NCBI GenBank assembly: GCA_031414535.1
Contig: JANNVQ010000046.1
Location: forward strand, 1-41,839
DNA: 41,839 nt
Direction: 5' to 3'
Origin: Gemmatimonas sp.
GTDB taxonomy: Bacteria > Gemmatimonadota > Gemmatimonadetes > Gemmatimonadales > Gemmatimonadaceae
In this document: piece after piece, positions 36,295-41,839 of the stretch
Layout: the number at the start of each line of letters is the position of its first letter
Numbering within the stretch: the first letter of the stretch is position 1
Notes under the pieces: generated by a model
What the model was told of the DNA's origin: nothing
Databases searched by the model: none
Seen by the model: only the letters and a program-made list of their open reading frames with translations
Program-made: the position numbers and the translations under genes

Positions 36295-38016
36295 TTGACT
36301 CTCCCCAACGCCTCCAATCCCCTCATCGAGCGTCTGCGACGCGCGACCATCGGGCGCTACGACATCTACGCCGAACTCGGCGCCGGCGGCATGGCCACGG
36401 TGTATCTGGCCCTCGATCTCGCGCTCGATCGCAAGGTCGCGATCAAAGTGCTGAGCCCCGCACTCGCGATGTCGCCCGACAACGTCGAGCGATTTAAGCG
36501 CGAGGCCAAGGTGGCGGCGTCGCTCAATCATCCCAACATCATCGGCATTCTCGCGGTGGGCGATGACCCTGAGCTCGCCTACTTCGTGATGAAGTACGTC
36601 GAGGGACGCGCGCTGGACTCCGTGGTCTCGGACACGGGAGCGCAGACCGTGCCCTTCGTGCGCAGCGTGATGAGCGCCGCGGGGAAGGCACTGCATTATG
36701 CGCACTCGCGTGGCGTCATTCATCGCGATGTGAAGCCTGCCAACTTTATGCTCGACAAGGATGGCTGGCTCGTCGTCACTGACTTTGGCATTGCCAAGAT
36801 GGGTGATGCCAAGGGCCTGACGATGACCGGCGCCATCATTGGCACGCCCTACTACATGGCGCCCGAGCAATTTCAGGGAATGGCAATCACCGCCGCGGCC
36901 GATCAGTACGCATTGGGCGTGGTGGCCTTCGAGCTACTGACGGGTCGCCAGCCATTTGCGGGCGATACCTTGGCCGAGGTGATGAAGGGCCACCTGTTAG
37001 ATCCCATTCCCTCGGTGCGCACCCTCCGGCCCGACGTACCGGAGGCCCTCGATGCGACCATCACGCGCATGCTCGCCAAGGAGCCTGGCGAGCGATACGC
37101 CACTCTCGACGAAGCGGTCGCGGCATTCGGCGGCGTGACGGCCACGCAAGAGAACGAAATCCGCACGCAGATGATGAAGCTCGCCCTGAGCGGGGCGATG
37201 GAGCAGCCGCAGATTCACGTCCCGGTGAGTCCCGCGCCTGCGGTGCGCCCGCGGCCGCCGGTGAGTCAGGTCAATCGCACCATGCCCGACGCCGAGCCGC
37301 CGCGCGGCATCACGCCGACTTCCAGTGCCGCGCGTCGTGCGCGCTCGCCTTGGCTGATCGGGGTACTCGCACTCCTTGTTGGCGGAGTGCTTGCGACTGC
37401 GGCGCTGCGCCCGGACATCGTCAATCGCCTTCGCAAGAGTGTGGCCACGGGGCAGGGTGACTTGGCCGACACTGGGCAACTCGTGATCAATGAGTCCGCG
37501 ATACCTCAGGCCGAAATGCCTGCGGCCGCGATGGATCCGGCCAAGCGTGAGCAGGAGCTGCGTGACTCCATCGAACAGGCCCTCGCCGCCTCGATGCAGG
37601 ACTCGCTGGCCCGCGAGGATTCAGCGCGCCGCGCAGACTCGCTGGCCCGCGTTGACGCAAGCCCCGCAGGGCGTCGCCAGCTCAGGCAGCAGCTCATTCG
37701 CGATTCCATCGCCGCACTTTCGGCGGCGCGTGGTCGCCCGCAAACCGCAGTACCTGCTCCGGCAGCGCCTGCCGAGATTCCTTCCGCCATGGTATTCGGG
37801 GTGGTGCGCATCGGCTCGAACTGTCCCGGCTCCGTTCTGGTGGTGAACGGTGAGACTCGTAGCCTTGTGCGCCGCCGGATGCTCGATGTGCAACAGCTGA
37901 GCGGCGAGGTGCGTCTGGCTGTCCGCACGTTTGGGCGTGCGCGCTGGGATACGACACTGACGGTGGCCTCGGGTGTCACCTACACCCTCGGCTTCCGCCC
38001 CGTGCGCTGTCAGTAG
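36295..38016 (+). CDS. Hanks-type transmembrane Ser/Thr protein kinase
   Basis: GAGGMATVY, VAIK, HRDVKPAN, DFG and GTPYYMAPE motifs, one TM segment and an extracytoplasmic tail; start TTG 36295 is inferred. Confidence 0.93.
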   Translation: MTLPNASNPLIERLRRATIGRYDIYAELGAGGMATVYLALDLALDRKVAIKVLSPALAMSPDNVERFKREAKVAASLNHPNIIGILAVGDDPELAYFVMKYVEGRALDSVVSDTGAQTVPFVRSVMSAAGKALHYAHSRGVIHRDVKPANFMLDKDGWLVVTDFGIAKMGDAKGLTMTGAIIGTPYYMAPEQFQGMAITAAADQYALGVVAFELLTGRQPFAGDTLAEVMKGHLLDPIPSVRTLRPDVPEALDATITRMLAKEPGERYATLDEAVAAFGGVTATQENEIRTQMMKLALSGAMEQPQIHVPVSPAPAVRPRPPVSQVNRTMPDAEPPRGITPTSSAARRARSPWLIGVLALLVGGVLATAALRPDIVNRLRKSVATGQGDLADTGQLVINESAIPQAEMPAAAMDPAKREQELRDSIEQALAASMQDSLAREDSARRADSLARVDASPAGRRQLRQQLIRDSIAALSAARGRPQTAVPAPAAPAEIPSAMVFGVVRIGSNCPGSVLVVNGETRSLVRRRMLDVQQLSGEVRLAVRTFGRARWDTTLTVASGVTYTLGFRPVRCQ

Positions 38017-38174
38017 CGCCACGGGCGCTGAGGAAGCGCGCGTCGTTGTTGTTGCGAGCGAGGGATACGAGATAGTCACAAATATTCGCGGCATCATTTT
38101 TCCACGAACATTGTGTCGTTTTTCACTCTGAAAATCGGTTTCCCGAACCGCCGCCGAATCGTCTCGCATATGTA

Positions 38175-40757
38175 GTGTCCCCAGACACCCGTGAGACGAT
38201 GCCTCGCAAGCCGGACCTCGACGAGCTCCCCCCAGCCGAATCCCCGCTCGCCCCCAAGCCCCGCCGCTCACGCGTGCGCAAGGACGAGGGCGGCAACCCA
38301 GCGCCAACGGTGACGGAGGGCAGCTCCATCCGTCATCCGTCTTCCGTCCCGCCAGCGGCGGACCTCAAAGCACAGGCTCGAACCAGCTTCGTTCGCCGTG
38401 AGGTCTCCGGCATCGCCCTGCTCCTCGGCTCGCTGTTCATTGCCGGCGCGCTCATCTTCGGCCGCTCTCCCGCGTATACCGAATCCTGCGCGGTAGCGGG
38501 TGGTTCATTCGGCCCCGTGGGTGGTTGCATCCGCTGGGGCGTGCTCGGGCTCGTCGGCGCGCTCGCGGCCGTAATCGTCCCGCTCATTCCTGCGGTGCAC
38601 GGTCTGCGTCTGCTCGGGCGGCTCGAAGAGAGCGAAGACCAGCGTTTCTTGGTGTTCACGTTTGGCCTCGCCGTGATCATCCCGATTGCCGCCGGCCTTG
38701 CTCGCATGGGCTCGTTGCCCGCGGGCACGCCAGATATTCTTGCCGGACTCTGGGGTTCTTTTGCGGCGTACTATCTCAACGGTGTGATTGGCTACGCCGG
38801 CGCTTGGATTGTCGTCGCCATCAGTCTCTCCGCTTTAGCGGCCGTAACGCTTGGCTGGAATCCCGTGCGTGTGTTGCTCAACATTGGTCGCCGCGAGAAG
38901 CCAACGGCGATTCACCACGAAGGGCCGAAGGATTCCGACGTCACGCATGCGGAGGCGCTTGAACCGGATGCCGCTGAGATGCCAACAATCGATCTCAGCT
39001 TGATGGGACTTGAGCCCAAGGCGCTCAAGGCCGCCGAGCCAGAGAAGATTGAGGAGCCATTTGTCACGCTCATCGAGGAGGAGCCAGCCGACCCGCAGCT
39101 GGCACTCAAGGGCAAGAAGCAGAAAGCGAAGAAGCCGCAGATGGATGAGGGGACAGAGGCATCCAGCATCCGTCATCCGTCATCCGTCCAAGCCCCTGAC
39201 ATCGACGAGCTCCCCAGCATCAACCTCCTCACTCCTCCCCCGGCGAAGAACGAGGAGCTGAACAAAGCCCAACTCGACGCCATGGGCGTGAAGCTCATTG
39301 AGTCGCTGAAGACGTTTAAGGTCGAGGGCATCCTCACGGGCCGCACCTCTGGCCCCACGGTCACGCAGTACGAGATTGAACCAGGCCCCGGCGTGAAAGT
39401 GCGCCAGTTCGCCAACCTCGCCAACGATCTCGCACTCGCCATGCGCGCCCAGAGCATCCGCGTGGTCGCACCGATTCCAGGGAAGGGCGCTGTTGGTGTG
39501 GAGGTGCCAAACCCCACGCCTGAGATGGTCGCGTTCCGCGAGATGCTCGAGAGTAAGGACTACCAGAGCAAGCCGATGGCCCTGCCCATCGGGCTCGGCC
39601 GCGATCTCGAGGGCAAGCCCGTAATCGCTGACTTGGCCAAGATGCCGCACCTGCTCATCGCGGGCGCGACAGGTTCGGGAAAGTCTGTCTGCGTGAACAC
39701 CATCATCACGAGCCTCATCTACCGACACACGCCCAAGACGCTGCGCTTCTTGATGGTGGATCCGAAGATGGTGGAGTTGAGCGTGTACAACGTGCTCCCG
39801 CACCTGCGCCACAAGGTGGTCACGGACAATCGTGATGCCGCCGCGGTGCTCAAGTGGGCCGTGCTCGAGATGCAGGAACGCTACGCGCTGCTCGCCGAAA
39901 ATGGCGCACGCAATATTCAGGACTTTAATCAGAAAGTCCGCGATGGTGCCGCGCTCAAGAAGCCGAAGGATGTTGGCGTGGCCTTCGAGGACCGCGAGTA
40001 CAAGGGAGGCATCCTCCCGTACATCGTCGTAGTCATCGACGAGCTCGCGGACCTGATGATGACCGTGGCTGCCGAGGTGGAGACTCCACTGGCGATGCTC
40101 GCACAGAAGGCGCGCGCGATTGGTATCCATCTCATCCTCGCCACGCAGCGGCCGAGCGTGAACGTCATCACCGGTCTCATCAAGGCCAACTTCCCGAGCC
40201 GCATCGCATTCCGTGTGGCCTCGCAGATTGACTCGCGAACTATTCTCGACGGCATGGGGGCGGAATCCTTGCTTGGCAACGGCGACATGCTGTTCATTCC
40301 GCCAGGCAAGAGCGAGCCCAGTCGCTTGCAGGGCGCCTTCCTGAGCAATGACGATACCGAGCGCCTCGTGACCTGGTACCGCGACCGCAAGGAAGCGCGG
40401 AAGGCGGCGATGGAAGCGCAGGGACTGATCCCGACTGAGGAGCACTCAGAGGACGACATCCTGGCGCGTGTGAAGGCCATGGAAGCGGCTGAGGCTGGGG
40501 GCGGGGAAGAGTCGGCCGAGGATGCGTCTGATCGCGATAAGCTTTTCCGCGAGGCTGCGGAGGTTTGCATTCAGCATCAGGGTGGGTCTACGTCGCTGCT
40601 TCAGCGCCGATTGAAGGTTGGCTACGGGCGGGCGGCGCGGATTATTGATCAGTTGCATCTGGCGGGCGTGCTCGGGCCGCCGGATGGGTCGAAGCCGCGG
40701 GATGTGCTGGTGGGGCTTGAGGACCTTGATCGCATCGCTGGAGATCGCGCGGCGTAG
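38175..40757 (+). CDS. ftsK: DNA translocase FtsK
   Basis: N-terminal TM helices, linker, PHLLIAGATGSGKS, VIDELADLM, ATQRPS and a gamma domain (STSLLQRRLKVGYGRAARIID); alternative start ATG 38199. Confidence 0.97.
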   Translation: MSPDTRETMPRKPDLDELPPAESPLAPKPRRSRVRKDEGGNPAPTVTEGSSIRHPSSVPPAADLKAQARTSFVRREVSGIALLLGSLFIAGALIFGRSPAYTESCAVAGGSFGPVGGCIRWGVLGLVGALAAVIVPLIPAVHGLRLLGRLEESEDQRFLVFTFGLAVIIPIAAGLARMGSLPAGTPDILAGLWGSFAAYYLNGVIGYAGAWIVVAISLSALAAVTLGWNPVRVLLNIGRREKPTAIHHEGPKDSDVTHAEALEPDAAEMPTIDLSLMGLEPKALKAAEPEKIEEPFVTLIEEEPADPQLALKGKKQKAKKPQMDEGTEASSIRHPSSVQAPDIDELPSINLLTPPPAKNEELNKAQLDAMGVKLIESLKTFKVEGILTGRTSGPTVTQYEIEPGPGVKVRQFANLANDLALAMRAQSIRVVAPIPGKGAVGVEVPNPTPEMVAFREMLESKDYQSKPMALPIGLGRDLEGKPVIADLAKMPHLLIAGATGSGKSVCVNTIITSLIYRHTPKTLRFLMVDPKMVELSVYNVLPHLRHKVVTDNRDAAAVLKWAVLEMQERYALLAENGARNIQDFNQKVRDGAALKKPKDVGVAFEDREYKGGILPYIVVVIDELADLMMTVAAEVETPLAMLAQKARAIGIHLILATQRPSVNVITGLIKANFPSRIAFRVASQIDSRTILDGMGAESLLGNGDMLFIPPGKSEPSRLQGAFLSNDDTERLVTWYRDRKEARKAAMEAQGLIPTEEHSEDDILARVKAMEAAEAGGGEESAEDASDRDKLFREAAEVCIQHQGGSTSLLQRRLKVGYGRAARIIDQLHLAGVLGPPDGSKPRDVLVGLEDLDRIAGDRAA

Positions 40758-40769
40758 CAAACCGAGGCA

Positions 40770-40892
40770 TTCACCACGAAGTCACGAAGGGAGCCGCAAC
40801 GCACTCACGGCCCCGCGACCCCAAGAGGATTTCTCTCTTTGGCGTCGCGGGGCCTTGAGTCTGCAGGGAGCCCTTCGTGCCTTCGTGGTGAA
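40770..40892. repeat. Palindromic REP-like element, copy 3, with nested GC-rich hairpin
   Basis: 22-bp arms at 40770-40791 and 40871-40892 (one mismatch); inner stem GGCCCCGCGAC / GTCGCGGGGCC within 40803-40860. Confidence 0.92.
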
Positions 40893-40921
40893 GTCGTTTT
40901 GGTGATTGTCGCAACAAGAAG

Positions 40922-40959
40922 ATGTCAGAGTTGACATACAGCCCGTGCAACCCTAGGCT
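40922..40959 (+). promoter_or_regulatory. TA operon promoter with overlapping palindromic operator
   Basis: ATGTCA-N4-TGACAT palindrome (40922-40937) containing TTGACA (40931-40936), then a 17-nt spacer and TAGGCT (40954-40959). Confidence 0.65.
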
Positions 40960-40962
40960 TAT

Positions 40963-41304
40963 ATGTCACCCCACGACAAACCGCTGGTGTGGTTACACGG
41001 AGAGGTTAAATCTCCGCCGTTTTCGCAAGGGGCACGCATTGAAGTGGGTGTCCTCCTGAGGCTTCTGCAGCGAGGTGCAAGCCTTCGTATGCCAGCTTCA
41101 CGTCCCATGCCGACGATTGGACCGCGTTGCCACGAGCTGCGCGTATCGGACGGACCACTGAATTGGAGAATCGTGTATCGGGTGGATTCAGATGCGATTC
41201 TGATTCTCGCCGTTTTCCCGAAGAAGACATCGCAAACACCGCAGAACATTATTGCCGCCTGTCGGCTCCGGCAGCGACGCTACGAGCAATCCTCTGAGGA
41301 CTAG
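40963..41304 (+). CDS. Type II toxin, RelE/ParE superfamily (Gp49/HigB-like)
   Basis: 113 aa basic protein with SRPMPTIGPRCHELRV...WRIVY and VFPKKTSQTP; lies upstream of an HTH gene. Confidence 0.88.
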   Translation: MSPHDKPLVWLHGEVKSPPFSQGARIEVGVLLRLLQRGASLRMPASRPMPTIGPRCHELRVSDGPLNWRIVYRVDSDAILILAVFPKKTSQTPQNIIAACRLRQRRYEQSSED

Positions 41305-41649
41305 ATGAACCGACTGACCCGCAGGCGCTTAGAGGCAGCTGGATGGACGGTAGGTGATACCAGCACATTCCTCGGCCTCAGCGAGGCTGAGGCTCGGCTC
41401 GTCGAGATTCGCGTCAATCTCGCCCTCGCGCTCCGAGAGACGCGCCGCATGAACCACTGGACGCAGGCCGAGCTTGCGGCTGCGCTCGGATCGAGTCAGT
41501 CGCGCGTCGCCAAGATGGAGGCGGGGGACAAGTCCGTCTCTATTGATTTGTTGGTGCGTTCGCTGCTGGCGACCGGGGCGCCTGGAACCAGTGTCGCGGC
41601 TGCCTTCATGGCATCAAGTCCGAATCGACGCAAGAGAGCAGGGAACTAG
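41305..41649 (+). CDS. XRE-family HTH antitoxin (HigA-like)
   Basis: WTQAELAAALGSSQSRVAKMEAGD helix-turn-helix; ATG immediately follows the toxin stop. Confidence 0.88.
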   Translation: MNRLTRRRLEAAGWTVGDTSTFLGLSEAEARLVEIRVNLALALRETRRMNHWTQAELAAALGSSQSRVAKMEAGDKSVSIDLLVRSLLATGAPGTSVAAAFMASSPNRRKRAGN

Positions 41650-41667
41650 GCGGCATTCCGATCACCT

Positions 41668-41710
41668 CTTCGTGCCTTCGTGCCTTCGTGCCTTCGTGCC
41701 TTCGTGCCTT
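41668..41710 (+). repeat. 8-bp tandem repeat (CTTCGTGC)x5
   Basis: Five perfect copies plus CTT; the unit matches the right arm of the palindromic family at 16451 and 40770. Confidence 0.93.
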
Positions 41711-41839
41711 GTATGTCTCCTAGTGTTCGTAGTAAGTCTTCGGGGCGGCGGCAGCTCGATCAAGGTGCCACGGGGCGCGTGAGCCCGACACGAAGTGGGA
41801 GCGCCGTCGAACCGATCGCGGGAAGCCCGAACAGCCACT

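Noticed and set aside
38060..38174. AT-rich patch upstream of ftsK as a foreign insert, dif site or SOS box
   Set aside because: It is short and consistent with an ordinary promoter region; I could not identify a convincing XerC/D or LexA motif.
16451..41710. Recurrent palindromic repeats as a CRISPR array or integron attC sites
   Set aside because: Copies are dispersed kilobases apart with no repeat-spacer periodicity. No cas or integron integrase gene is present, and the flanked genes are mostly housekeeping.
41760..41839. Possible 3' end of a - strand gene entering from the right edge (...WLFGLPAIGSTALPLRVGLTRPVAP*)
   Set aside because: Too short to establish the frame or identity.

Overview
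GC-rich bacterial chromosomal window, almost entirely + strand housekeeping and envelope genes. Gene content and style suggest Gemmatimonadota (inference). Order: uvrB 3' end, tsaE-tsaB-rimI, ssb, LysM/TsaP-like protein, NDP-sugar epimerase, tolQ-tolR-tolA/TonB-like-tolB-pal-cpoB, tatC, lptD-like, hutH-hutU-[radical SAM]-hutI, large TPR protein, polyprenyl synthase, small membrane protein, tatA, ppiD/surA-like (the only - strand gene), second TPR protein, aroQ, rarA, LEA_2 lipoprotein, hflX, M24 peptidase, accB-[pilT]-accC, ComB-like phosphatase, Ser/Thr kinase, ftsK, and a toxin-first RelE/HTH toxin-antitoxin pair. No rRNA, tRNA, CRISPR array, transposase or integrase was seen. The main signal not explained by the genes is a set of short-period repeats in many of the longer intergenic gaps. 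There are three 7-nt-period families (ATCCGTC, GCGAAGA, TCCCACG) and an 8-nt-period palindromic family (TTCACCACGRAGGCACGRAG) with compensatory changes between its arms. The heptamer arrays are polarised: the purine arm lies after stop codons and the pyrimidine arm before start codons. Repeat copies also occur in frame inside ftsK three times, and the 8-mer family brackets the TA module. Other leads are a radical SAM gene coupled inside a hut operon lacking hutG/hutF, a PilT ATPase wedged between accB and accC, a possible dispersed type IV pilus polarity module, and D-(S/T)-hydrophobic motif enrichment in exported proteins.
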